Source of the DNA: Chiloscyllium plagiosum
Lineage: Eukaryota
Length of the DNA: 47,699 nt
Direction of reading: 5' to 3'
Assembly: GCF_004010195.1 (NCBI RefSeq)
Contig: NC_057752.1
Coordinates: 8,374,567 to 8,422,265, forward strand
The first letter of the stretch is position 1. The number at the start of each line of letters is the position of its first letter. Below the pieces are notes generated by a model. That model had not been told where the DNA came from and searched no databases. It saw only the letters and a program-made list of their open reading frames with translations. Shown here piece after piece: positions 12,067-24,795 of the stretch. The position numbers and the translations under genes are program-made.

Positions 12067-12500
12067 CAGGCAGTCTCCAGGTTGTGAATGGGGTAAAAGC
12101 AATGACTGCAGATGCTGGAAACCAGATTCTGGATTAGTGGTGCTGGAAGAGCACAGCAGTTCAGGCAGCATCCAAGGAGCTTCGAAATCGACGTTTCAGG
12201 CAAAAGCCCTTCATCAGGAATATTGTTTTTAACCCTACTGTGAATCCTCTTGCAAGGATGCCTGCCTTGAAGAAGTTTTCCTCCTCTCTCTACAGGTTGT
12301 GAATGGGTTCCGTTCTTGAGTCTGTTTGGAGGTTGATTTGTACACAAGTTGGAACACAATGCAGAACAGTTTAAAGTAGCCATTCGTAAGTACAGGAAAT
12401 TTTTGTATGTCATATCTTTAAAACTACATCCCTATATGGGATCGTGTCCATAAGTAGGAGCATTTATAAACTGGACGTTTGTAAATCAAGGACCCCTTGT
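12067..12500. mobile_element. Probable Tigger/pogo-like MITE, host of the 12093-12292 PLE insertion
   Basis: Degenerate inverted termini caggcagtctccaggttgtgaa / tttgtaaatcaaggaccccttgta. Confidence 0.45.
12093..12292 (-). mobile_element. 200-bp non-coding PLE family B derivative carrying a hammerhead motif (12186-12221)
   Basis: Pseudo-LTR homology to 16279-16410; CUGAUGA-A-GGGC-UUUU-GCCU-GAAACGUC; 15-bp TSD caggttgtgaatggg at 12078-12092 and 12293-12307. Confidence 0.85.
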
Positions 12501-12759
12501 AGGAATCAATGTTCTCATCAAAGATCCAAATCAGGGATCTTGTGAACATAAAATAATTCACTTAGTACTGTAACAAATGCATTAGTGGTTGTATGCATTT
12601 TAAAAATCTCAATCTACTAAGAGTAATAATTAACAGCAATGAGACAAGAGCATCATAAATGTATCGAACATAAATGGGTCAGTTCCCATTTGTTCTCATG
12701 ATCTAGTATGGACGTTATTAGAAATTAATGGCTCTCTATGTGTATGTCTGTGTATAGCA

Positions 12760-14900
12760 CTTACAATGAGCTTTGAGATCTTCTATTTCTTTTGCAATCC
12801 GAGCTCTGGACTCTGAATTTTGGTAATACCTAAATATCCCTGATGTACCTTATCAGGTCAAAGTGAAGGTGGAACGATCAGTCTGTCATCAAATCCAATA
12901 AGTCATCTATAATAGTGAAGTGTTATCGATGTTTGAAGGAAAGCTTCATAGTCAAGCCATTGGGCTTTTTCTCAGCTAACCATTGACACAGTAACTGATG
13001 AATGGTGACACATTCTGGGTCATTTTTTTGCTCCTGTTTGATGTGATTTAGTCTTTGCTCTATGAATTAAATTCACAGACAAAGTCTTAATTGGCCTTGT
13101 AAAGTTGTCCATAGTAGCTCTGGAGAAGGCATTTTCTGACTTTTGCAGCTTCCCTTGAAATCTCTGTATTGAGAAGGCATCTTTGCAACTCCTTTCCATC
13201 TAAAAGGGATACCAGTGGGTTATGGTCAGTTTCTATGACAACATTGAGACCTAGAATGTAATCTGAGAATCTCTCATATGCCCAGGTGACTGAGAGAGTC
13301 TCTTTCTCAATAACTACATATTATGTTTCAGTATCAGACAATGCTCTGAATGGATAATGTCCTGGTTTCCTGTGTCCTTTTGCTTGTTCCTAAAAGAGCA
13401 CTGCATTATACCTGTGGCTAAAAGTATCTGCAGTAATAATAATTGGGAACAATGGATTAAATTGGGAACAATGGATTATACTGGGTCAGGAGGTCTGTGG
13501 AAGTCAGCATGTCTTTGATTCTTTGAAAGCATCTATTTGACTCATGACATTTTTAGTCTCAAGGGTTCAACTGTGATTGCCAAATGAAGCAAGAAATTTG
13601 ACAGATGATTATCCATGCCTAATTATCTTTGTTAATTATGTACTGGTTATGGATTAGGAAACTCCTCAAGAGCTGTCCCTCTTCTGTTCTTATATTGGTT
13701 TTATCTGTGATGTGTCTGGAAGTTTTTTTTTAAACTCGTGAGACACGAGTGTTCCTGGCTGGCCAGCATTTATTGCCCATCTTTAGTTGCCCTTCAGAAG
13801 GTGGTGATGAATTGCCTTCTTGAGCCCCCACAGTCCATGTGCTGTAAGTTAACCCACAATGTTGTTATGGAGGGAATTCCAGGATTTTGACCCAGTGACC
13901 ATGAAGGAATGGCGATATGTTTCCAAGTCAGGATGGTGAGTTACTTGAAGGGGAACTTGCAGGTAGTAGTGTTCCTGTGTAGATTATAATTTTACATTTT
14001 TCAACTGAAGGTGTTTTGTTGGATAACACAGTGACACTTGATCCTCTGTCATGCCTGGTTCAGATGGGTCACCTAATTTCTGTGGTGTTTCACTGGAAGG
14101 AGGAATGTCACCATCTAAATATGCATGTTCTAATGGAAATATGTCTTGTGAATCACAATTTTTTATTATTGCTTTACAGTGGTTTTGTGGTTTATTTATT
14201 GTTCCTAAGCATTGTTCCTGCATATTTTTTGAAAACATCCCACTGTCTTGCAAAAGTGACATTCTTGTGATAGAGCTGCACATTCATTTTGTGTGGTGTT
14301 TTTGCTCCACATCTTGGGCAATGACTTCTGGCATCAAAAGATTTGAGCACATCTTTCATTGGTTCATCTTGTGATTGATTAGAGCGTTTTGTAACTTATG
14401 AAGGTGAGAGATGTGGTTTTTTTGTATCTCAGCTTCTAAAACAAGCTGGATAGCCTTTTCTGACATGAGACCTTCTTTTAATTATAAAAGCTCTGAAAGA
14501 TGAATTAGAAATTTTGACAACAATTCTATTTCTAATTAGTTCTAGTTGTAATGCTCCATATTCAAAAGATACATACAATATGTACAGATCATTGATGAAG
14601 CTGTCAACAGGCTCTCCTAGAAACTGTATTCTTTCATTGAATCTTGCTCTCCATAATATGATTGCGTCTTAAAGTGAAAGAATTGACAAATACTTTAAAG
14701 TCAAATGGATCAGTATCTATTTCAAGTTTTTGTCCATTAATAGTCTGCTAATGGTTCCACAGAATAAGGCAGTATGTTAATTTGTTCTGCTTGTGATTTG
14801 GTGTGTGGACCTGAAGCAATTCTGTATCTCATGAATTGTTTCTTCCATGTTGACCAATTCTCTGTCAGGTAACATTGCATCTGCCATTTCTGTGTTTAAA
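12760..14900 (-). mobile_element. Highly decayed Gypsy-like internal region
   Basis: Gag-like ERARFNERIQFLGEPVDSFINDLY near 14580-14655 and a protease-like RGSSVTVLS remnant near 14020-14050; boundaries approximate. Confidence 0.6.
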
Positions 14901-16373
14901 ATAAATTGTTTACTTTAATTGTAAAAATCGTTAAGAATTTATATAATTTCTACTGTATCTTCAGCTTTTTATCTTTAAGTTTGAACTATGGCTTCAAGCT
15001 GGTATAAATCTTTTTTAAAATAGCAATTAAATTTTAATTACTGATAAACTGGATTAAATCTTCCAACGAAGCTTTAAATTGTAATTGATTGTTATTTTAA
15101 GAAAAATTTAAGAATTTTCAGGTGTAAATAAAACTTTGTTTAAGTTTCAAAATTATTATTTTCAATAAAATCATCTTCTGCATTTGACTTTTATATTCTA
15201 ATAAGAACAATTGTACTGCTGGTTTAAATAATTTATTGAAGAATAACCTCATTTTAGAAGAATTGTCCTGAATTTTTAATGTTGAAAAGATGCTTGTTGG
15301 ATAAATAAGATGATTTATGCCCTCTTTCAGTTTCCAGAATTTTACCATAAAATTAAGCATTTTCATCTTTCTACTGAGACTTACTTCTGGAGTCCAATAT
15401 GATGTACATTTTTCCTGGGTCATGACTCGGATTTTCCTGTTCAGCTTTAGTAAGACTCCTTCTGGTCTTCACAGACTTTGAAGTACATTTTATTCCTAAT
15501 TCTGGCTGACTTATTCTTGTACAGAAGGCTTTTCCAGCTGTGATCTGCTACTGCTGCAAGAGCTGACTGGACCTGTGTTGTGAGGGGTTGCAGATGTCAG
15601 ATGCTAATATCCATGAATGAGAGCTGCATGCAGATGCTGCCCATGGATATTGCCCTGAGATGCTGTTTGGTCCTGAGCAACATGAAGGCAATACACTGAA
15701 ATTGCTGAGTACCTGCTGATTTCCGTGTTGAGATTATTTGACATCTAGCTTGATTAATGTGTTTGGTAAAATAGGAAGGTGAATATTAATGAGGCGAGTT
15801 GTAGTTTTAATAAGGCATTTAACAAGCAATATTCCCTCTTAACTAGCAACTTGCCGCTGCCTAGTGAGAAACTTGCCTCATTCTTGGCAGATGCATAAAA
15901 GTTGGAGCAAGATACTCCCAATATTGAGACAAGCCTCGCTAGACTTCTCATTCGATTTTGCTACAAATCTCATCATAGCCCACATCGCTCAGATGCCTGT
16001 GAGACTGCGCCCAAGGCTACCCATTGGATGCAAAAAAGCAATGGAGTTTAATTCAGGAAATTTTAAACAAGTTGACAAAAATAGCATATTGACGACTTGT
16101 ATCAAGTTACCTGTAACATATTTGGTAAATTACTAGTTGAGTGTAGTATTATGCAAATGCATGATTTTGCATGTAACTGTATAGTTGAAAAGATTATCAA
16201 AATATGAAACTTTTTTTACATTAATTGAACATCAACAGCCGACTTGGTGAAGGGAAAGACAGTCTAGGGTAGTACTTAGAGGAGAAAGTGAGGTCTGCAG
16301 ATGCTGGAGATCAGAGCTGGAAATGTGTTGCTGGAAAAACACAGCAGGTCAGGCAGCATCCAGGGAACAGGAG

Positions 16374-16409
16374 AATCGACGTTTCGGGCATAAGCCCTTC
16401 TTCAGGAAT
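16374..16409 (-). ncRNA. Minimal hammerhead ribozyme motif, PLE family B, core intact
   Basis: AUUC-CUGAAGA-A-GGGC-UUAU-GCCC-GAAACGUC-GAUU. Confidence 0.8.
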
Positions 16410-16500
16410 GGGGAAAGTTTGTCCAGCAGGCTAAGATAAAAGGTAGGGAGGAGGGACTTGGGGGAGGGGTGTCGGAAATGCGATAGGTGGAAAGAGGTCA

Positions 16501-17070
16501 NNNNNNNNNNNNNNNNNNNNNNNNNNNNNNNNNNNNNNNNNNNNNNNNNNNNNNNNNNNNNNNNNNNNNNNNNNNNNNNNNNNNNNNNNNNNNNNNNNNN
16601 NNNNNNNNNNNNNNNNNNNNNNNNNNNNNNNNNNNNNNNNNNNNNNNNNNNNNNNNNNNNNNNNNNNNNNNNNNNNNNNNNNNNNNNNNNNNNNNNNNNN
16701 NNNNNNNNNNNNNNNNNNNNNNNNNNNNNNNNNNNNNNNNNNNNNNNNNNNNNNNNNNNNNNNNNNNNNNNNNNNNNNNNNNNNNNNNNNNNNNNNNNNN
16801 NNNNNNNNNNNNNNNNNNNNNNNNNNNNNNNNNNNNNNNNNNNNNNNNNNNNNNNNNNNNNNNNNNNNNNNNNNNNNNNNNNNNNNNNNNNNNNNNNNNN
16901 NNNNNNNNNNNNNNNNNNNNNNNNNNNNNNNNNNNNNNNNNNNNNNNNNNNNNNNNNNNNNNNNNNNNNNNNNNNNNNNNNNNNNNNNNNNNNNNNNNNN
17001 NNNNNNNNNNNNNNNNNNNNNNNNNNNNNNNNNNNNNNNNNNNNNNNNNNNNNNNNNNNNNNNNNNNNNN
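16501..17070. other. Assembly gap
   Basis: Run of N. Confidence 1.
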
Positions 17071-17303
17071 GGGCATCGTCGACCACGTCGGGGGGGAAAT
17101 TGCGGTCCTTGAAGAAGGAGGCCATCTGGGTTGTGCGTTTTTGGAACTGGTCCTCCTGGGAGCAGATGCGGCGGAGTCGAAGGAATTCCAGTCTGACCTA
17201 TCACCCTCACCTTGACCTCTTTCCACCTATCACATTTCCGACGCCCCTCTCCCAAGTCCCTCCTCCCTACCTTTTATCTTAGCCTGCTGGACAAACTTTC
17301 CCC

Positions 17304-17339
17304 ATTCCTGAAGAAGGGCTTATGCCCGAAACATCGATT
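17304..17339 (+). ncRNA. Hammerhead motif, family B inverted copy, mutated (GAAACAUC)
   Basis: attc-ctgaaga-a-gggc-ttat-gccc-gaaacatc-gatt. Confidence 0.65.
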
Positions 17340-17656
17340 CTCCTGTTCCCTGGATGCTGCCTGACCTGCTGCGCTTTTCCAGCAACACATTTCCAGCTAG
17401 GGTAGTACTTATGCAATCTATGTACCAATATACATGCCACAAATGTTCCTGATGGCTTGAAGACCCCAAGCAAAATCTCTAGTTATAAACTTTCACTAAA
17501 ACATCAAAATAAATTTCTCATATATAAGTATTATTTTCTTCTGAGATGGGAGAGCACATTGAAGGAATTAAAGCATTGACTTTCTCTCCCTTTAATCGCA
17601 CTCTAGTTCCGCATATTCATTCCCTGTTGTAATCCAATGTGATAATCAAATCTTAC

Positions 17657-17791
17657 CCCATCCTCTTTGACTTTTTTGGCATCGTCCAGTTTTTTCTTCT
17701 TACTTTCAGGCATTAGATCATCAAGCCAGCTTAGCTCACGCTTCAGAAAGCAAAGGTCCATCAATTTTCTAACAAAAACTAGAGCTAATAC
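17657..17791 (-). CDS. slc4a8: SLC4A8-like exon (VLALVFVRKLMDLCFLKRELSWLDDLMPESKKKKLDDAKKVKEDG)
   Basis: atattgcag| acceptor and |gtaaga donor; 135 nt, phase 0/0; ELSWLDDLMPESKKKKLDDAKK is characteristic of SLC4A8. Confidence 0.95.
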
Positions 17792-18739
17792 CTGCAATAT
17801 ATCATCAGAGATCAGGTTAAGAAATATTGAGGGCATGCACATAGCAGTTGAAAAAGGTTCATTGTTAACAATTAAATTTAATACATATACTAAAACAAAA
17901 GTACACAATTCCTTTCTCACAAGGCAGACCTTCACTTTTGTCATTTTTCCCCAGTTGTTAAAAGGAGAAATGCAGTTTACTGCTTTGCCACATAATGCTA
18001 CATAGAAGTGGCATATATAATGGGTATCACAATCCTTGTTACATTATCTGTTGCTCAATTGGATCAGTATTCCAGCACACACAAAATCTAGTTACCACAG
18101 AAGACCAATGTTAATATTTACATTAGTATTTTTCATCAATAAAATTCATAAATACCAGTAATTATAAACAATAAACAGTATTAAAATTCAATGTTAGCAT
18201 ATACTAATATCTGAGGTTGAAAGACCTAATGACATAAGAGAAATTCTTCATTCTTTTTGTAATTCTTTTGCATTTTTCGTTCAAATGTACAGAAATACAG
18301 AATTCTGCAAGTATTTATGGGAGATTGTTCACTCCAATATACAATGACCAACCATCCTGCTAGCTAGGCACAAATTAGTGAGCAAGAGGCACTTAATATG
18401 TGAAAAAAATGCATTTTTCACAAATCCAGCAGTGAAACAAGAAAGTTGTCCAGAATATATGGTAGAAAACTAAAATGCCCCACAAACTCTTAAATGCATG
18501 TAGGTGTGCCAAATTAGCCTGTTTGGAGTCAGGAAATAGTGTATTAAGTAAAATTACATTCAATGCAGGAAGAGATCGCATGAATGAGGAGTTGTGCGTC
18601 CACCATATTTGGTTTGAAGTGATGCTGTGAGGCCTTAAGTGAAAGGTTAACAATTATTTTTAATATGAGATCCTAAACAAAGTTGCAGCTATGAAGAAAT
18701 ATATACAAGATCAGCAACATTCAGAAGACTCAATAAAGA

Positions 18740-19420
18740 AACAGAAATAGGCCATTCAGCCCTGAGCTTGTTCTGCCATTCAATTAGATCATGACTGATC
18801 TATGACCTAATTCCATATACCCGTCTTTGCCCCATTTTCCTTATCATTCTTTGGATATAAATCTAAGATATAAAGCTTACAAGTAATCTAGCATAATTTG
18901 TTAGTTGTGGAAGAGAGATCCAAACTTCTACTACCATTTCTGTGTTGGGGTGTTTACTAAGGTGTTTATTAATGTCACTCCTGAAAGATCAGACTCTAAG
19001 TTTTAGACTGTGCCACTTAGTTCTGGACTCCCTTATCTACCCTATCTATTCAGTTTTAAAAACTTCAATCAATTGATCCATTTATCTTTTAAATTCCAGA
19101 CAATACAGCCATAGTTTGTGTAACCTCTGAGAATATAACTCTGGGAATCCAGGTATCATTCTGATAATTCCACATTGCACTCTCTTCCTAGGACAGAGTG
19201 GACTAGTTGTACCGAAAGGTCTGTTTCCAAGCTATATGACTCTCTGACTCTCCCTAATGTATGGTACCCAGAACTGCTCATAAGATTTTAGGTATGGTTT
19301 TATGAGATATTTGCATAGGTACAACATACTTTTACCCTTTAATGTACTCTAGGTCTCTAGCTCAAAAGGCCAGCATTCCTTTAGATTTTAAAAATTATTT
19401 TCTGTACCTGTTCATGGTAT
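18740..19420 (-). mobile_element. Old CR1 3' fragment
   Basis: ggccattcagcc...ccattcaattagatcatgactgatc tail similar to 20280-20340 and 40650-40700. Confidence 0.65.
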
Positions 19421-21039
19421 CCTTAGCATTCTGTAAGGGCATGAAAAGGATGGACTTCATGGTTGGACAAGTAGTTCAATATAGTAGTGAACATCTTGTG
19501 TTAAAGGGGAGCCATTATTGTCCATCCCTGAAAATGTTCTAGAAAGATTAAGTTTGGAAGGGCTCCAGTTGAAACAGATAGAGGAAAGAAACTCCCAAGA
19601 GTGGATCCATGCTCCCTCAGGTAGTTTGAGGAGACTTTGATAAGAAACGAGGCAACAAGAAAGAATATGGAGCCATCCTGTTTGATTGGTACTTGTTACT
19701 TAATGATCTTATGATTTTGCTGCATGACTAATGTGTTATATATCTAGTCTTATTCTCTAACTAAACTCTATATATTCATCATAATGGTTGCTGTCAACCC
19801 TGCAAATTGAATCCCTACAGTAGGTGATCGAAAGATACAAATACTAAAGGAATTTATCAGTGATCTTGAGGAGCAGACACAAGGTAGGTCTTAGAGCATG
19901 GGTGACCAAAGAGTAATGTTAATGGCTAAAGAAGGGAAGCCTGATACAAGGGGAAGGTCCAGCATGTTGAAGGAACCTGCTGCTTTTGTTTATGATTTGC
20001 AACAAAGGATACCACTTTTCAAATTAAGGATGACCTGTTAGTATTAATGTGTCATCCTTGCACTGCATGCTGATTATAATAGTATTGTTAAAGTATGAAA
20101 ATGTTAAATTAGATTCTGTTAATAACATAATGGGTGCTATGACGAAAGAAAGTGTGACACAACCAGTGGCTACTTAGGGGAACTGCGAAGGAGACCTCAA
20201 TGGTGCGGAAATTGCACAAAGGATCTTCTTAATGCTGGCACTCATGATAAAATCAAAAGACCATGAGCTGTAGTAGCAGACGTAAATCATTCAGCCCATT
20301 AAGTCTGCTCTGCCATTCAAAGAAATCATGGCTGATTTGATCATCATTTGATAATCCTCAAAACCACTTTCCTGCATTTTCATTTAATGATTAAATGCTG
20401 TCTGTCTCAGTCTTGAATATGTTTAATGAGCCAGCCTTGATAGCCCCCTGCCGTAAAGGATTCTACAGATTCACTACCTTCTGAGGGAAGAAATTCTTCC
20501 TTATCTCTGTCTTAAATGAACAGCTCTATATTCTGAGATTATGTCTGGTACTACACTTTAGAAAGGATATTCTGCTTCGAGACTGTTCCAGAAGGTGAAA
20601 CAACCTCTCTGCATCAACCCTATCAAGTTCCCTCAGAATCTTCTACAATTCATACAGTCCTAGAATCACACAGCACAAAATGAGACTCTTCAGTCCAACC
20701 AGTCCATGCCAAACATAATCCCAAACTAATCTAGTCCCACCTGCCTGCTCCTGGCCCATATCCCTCTAAACCTTTCCTGTACATGTATCTAATTCTGCTA
20801 CTACATCTACAGTTAAACATTGTAATTGTACCCGTATTCACCACTTCCTCAGGAAGTTCATTCCATACGTGAATCACCCTCTGTGTAAAACATTTGCCTC
20901 TCATGTCTTTTTAAAATCTCTCTCACCTTAAAAATGTGCCCCCCCGTCTTGAAATCCCCCATCTGAGGGAAAAGACAACTAGGATTAACTCTCTCATTAT
21001 TTTATAAACTTCTATCAAGTCACCTTTAAAAATCCTATG

Positions 21040-21204
21040 CTTATGATTTTGCTGCATGACTAATGTGTTATATATCTAGTCTTATTCTCTAACTAAATTC
21101 TATATACTCATCATAATGGTTGCTGTCAACTCTGCAAATTGAATCCCTACAGTAGGTGATCGAAAGATACAAATGTTAAAGGAATTTATCAGTGATCTTG
21201 AGGA
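21040..21204 (+). repeat. 165-bp direct copy of 19708-19872 inserted in a CR1
   Basis: Five substitutions in 165 nt by eye, no indels. Confidence 0.92.
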
Positions 21205-24200
21205 ACAGCCTATCCAGCTTTTCCTTATAATGAAAACGTTCCATACCGAGCAACATCCTGGTGAATCTCTTCTGAACCCTCTCCAGCTTAATAATATCCT
21301 TCCTGTAACTGGACGGCCAGAATTGCACACAGTACTCCAGAAGAGGCCTCATCAATGTCCTGTACAACCTCAACATGACATCCCCAACTCCTATACTCAA
21401 AGGTCTGAGCAAAGAAGGCAAGTGTGCCAGATGCCTTTTTTAAACACCCTGTTTATATGTGAAAGAATTATGTACCTGAACCCCAAGGTCACTCTGTCCT
21501 ACAATATTACCATTACTTGTATAAGCCCTACCCTGTTTGTTGTACCAAAATGCAATACCTCGCATTTCTCCAGATTGAACTCCATCTGCCATTTTTCAAC
21601 CCATTGACCCATTTGATCAAGATCCCTTTGTAATCTTAGAAAACCTTCTTCACTGTCTCCTATGCTACCAATTTTGGTGTTGTCCATAAACCTACTAACC
21701 ATGCCTTCTATATTCTCATTCAAATCATTTATGAAAATGACAAACAAAAGAGGACCCAGGACTGATCCCTGTGGAACATCACTTGTCACAGGCCTCCAGT
21801 CCGAAATGCAACCCTCCACCACCACTCTCTGTCTCCTGCCATTAAGCCAATTATGTATCTAATTGGCAAGCTCACCCTGAATCTCATGTAACCTAATTTG
21901 ACTAATTAGTCCATCATGCAGAACCTTGTCAAAGGTTTTACTAAACTCCAAATAAACAACATCTACTGCACTGCCATCATCAATCTTAATGGTAACTTCG
22001 TCAAAAAACTCAATCAAGTTTGTGAGACACGATTTTCCTTGCACAAAACCATGCTGACTATCCATAACAATTTTTGTCTCTCTAAATACCCATAAATCCT
22101 ATTTTTTATAATCACCTCCAATAATTCACCCATAGCTGAAGTCAGACTCACAAGTGTATAGTTCCCTGGTTTCTCCTTACAACCTTTCTTAAACAAACAT
22201 ACAACATTAGGCACCCTCTAGTCATCAGGCATTTCACGTAGTTACAGATTATGCAAATATTCTGCAAGGGGGTCTCACAATTTCCTCCCTTACTTCCCAC
22301 AATGTTCTGGTTTCAATAAAGTCTCCTCTCATTCTGCTAAACTCCAATGAATACAGGCCCAACCTACTCAACCTCTCCCCCAAAAACATTCCTCCATACC
22401 CAGGATCAGCCTAGTGAACCTTCTCTGGACTGCCTCCAATCCTACTATATATTTCCTTAGTTAAGGGGGCTAAAACTGTTCACAGTATTCAAGGCATAAT
22501 CTAAGTAATACTTTGTATAGTTTTAGCATGATTTCCTATTTTCATATCCCATTCCCTTAGAAATAAAGCACTTCCCAATCACCTACTAAACTCGTACGAT
22601 ATATTTTTGCAATTTATGCACAAGGACCCCCAAATCTCTCCATATTGCAGTTTTCTGCAGTCTTCCTACATTTAAATAATATTTAGTTCCTGTAAACTTC
22701 CTGCCAAAACACATAACCTCACATTTCCCCATATTACACTTTTGCCCCACTTTAGTCTGTCTGCATCCCTCCATAGACTTTGCCATCCTCACCACCTTCC
22801 TTCTTGTCATCCACAAACTTGGCTATAGTATATTTCCTGATCTGAGTCATTAATATATATTATAAATAATTGTGGTTTCATTGATCCCTGTGGCACTCCA
22901 CTAGTAACAGGTTTCCAACCTGAAATTGCCTCCCACTCCTGCCTTATTCCAACTTTCTGCCTTGTATTAGTTAGCTAGTCTTCTATCCATGTTAATATAC
23001 TACCCACAACACCTTGGGCTTTTATCTTATGAGTAGCCTTACAGTGATACCTTAGCAAATGCCTTTTGGAAATTCAAATATACTGCATCTTTTGGTTTCC
23101 CTTTATCTATCCCTGCTTTGTTACGTCTTTAAAGAATTTTGGTTAAATTGGTCAGGCATGATTTCCCCGTCAAGAAGCCATGCAGACTGTTCTTACTGCA
23201 ATGTAAAAGTGTTCTGCTTTTACATTGTTTATAATAGACTAATATTTTTCCAATGGCAGATTTTAAGCTAAGTGGACATTTTTGTCTCTTTCTTTTTTGG
23301 ATAAAGGTGCCACATTAACAGTTTTCCAATTCTCTGGGGCTTTTCCAGAATCTCGGGATAGGATTACTACCAGGTCATCCACTATCTATACAGCTACAGC
23401 CCCATTCATTCCCCTCATGTTCTTTTTTGTCTGATGATAGATTTTCTATTTATTTTCTTTTCCCCTTTAGCCCTTTGATGATTTAATATTTTTGGAATGC
23501 TATTACTGCCTTCTACCATGGAATGCTATTAGTGTCTTCTTTATTCAACTCCTCTGCCATTTTTTGGTTTCCCATTATTATTTTTCCAGCCTCGTTCTCT
23601 CAGGGGCCTCTGTCTACTTTGGCCCCTCTCTTCCCTTTTTATACATTTAAAGATGTTCTTGCTGTCTGTTTTTATATCACATGCCAGTTTACCCTCAAAG
23701 TTTATTATCTTCCTTTTTTGTTGTCATCTTTTGTTGGCTTTTAAAACTTTACTAATCCTCTGGCTTACCGTTAATCTTTGCTGCATTGTATATTTTTCTT
23801 TCAATTTATCTTGAACTTTCTTGGTTATTCATCATTGGTTTACCCCTTTCCTAGAATCCTTTATCCCTGGAATATATCTTTGTTGTGAATCATAAACTTT
23901 TTTTTAAACACCTACCATTGTTGATAAACTGTCTTTTCTGCTCAACCCCTTTTCCTAATCCACTCCAGATGTCTGTGTCCTCATTTCTTTATAAATATCC
24001 TTTTTAAAGTTTAGCACAGTTGTTCCTAACCCAAGCTTCTCACTCTCAAACTAAATGCTAAAATATACCATGTTATGGCCACTGTTTTCTCAGTGATCTT
24101 TTACTCTGAGATCATTTATTAAAACTTCTTAAGTAGACATTACTTGATCCAAAATAGCCTGACCCCTGGTTGGATCCACAGCATATTGTTCTAGAAAACT

Positions 24201-24270
24201 GTCCTGAATACACCCTGTCAATTTTTGCTCATGGCTATCTTTGCCAACTTGACTTTCCCAATCTATGAAT

Positions 24271-24795
24271 CTGGTCACCCTGCTATAGAAAAGGTATTAT
24301 TAAATTGGAGATGTTTCAGAAAAGATGGACCAGAATGTTGCCAAGACTGCATGGTTTGAGATACAAGAGGTGGCTGGATAGGCTGGGTATCTTTTCACTG
24401 GAGTATAAGAAGTTGAGGGGTGACCTTATAGAGGTTTATAAAATCATGAGGGACAAAGACAAGGTGAAAAACAAAGATGTTTTCCCTAGAGTGGGGGAGT
24501 TCCAAACTAGAAGGCATATTTTTAAGGTGAGAGGAAATAGATTCAAAAGGGACCTAAGATACAAACCTTTCACACAGAGAATGGTTCATGTGTGGAATGA
24601 ACTGCCAGAGGGAGAGGTAGATGAAGGTACAGTTAAAACATTTAAAAGACATTTTGACGGGTACATGAATAGAAAAGGTTTGGAGGGCTATGGGCCAAAC
24701 GCAGGAAAATGGGATTAATTGAGTTTGGGAAATTTGGATGGCACAGACAAACTGGACTGAAGGGTCTGTTTCCATGCTGTATGGCTCTATGACTA
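24271..24795 (+). mobile_element. CR1 3' fragment
   Basis: QKRWTRMLPRL...LRGDLIEVYKIM...GYGPNAGKWD; tail ctctatgact. Confidence 0.92.

Larger units (their letters stand above)
16279..17396 (-). mobile_element. Penelope-like retroelement, family B, 5'-truncated with inverted pseudo-LTR; spans an assembly gap
   Basis: ORF fragment ...LRRICSQEDQFQKRTTQMASFFKDRNFPPDVVDDA; about 16313-16500 is the near-perfect inverted repeat of about 17212-17398; 15-bp TSD ctagggtagtactta at 16264-16278 and 17397-17411. Confidence 0.9.

Noticed and set aside
16349..17282. Long ORFs (242-274 aa) on both strands
   Set aside because: They span the N gap and inverted PLE repeats.
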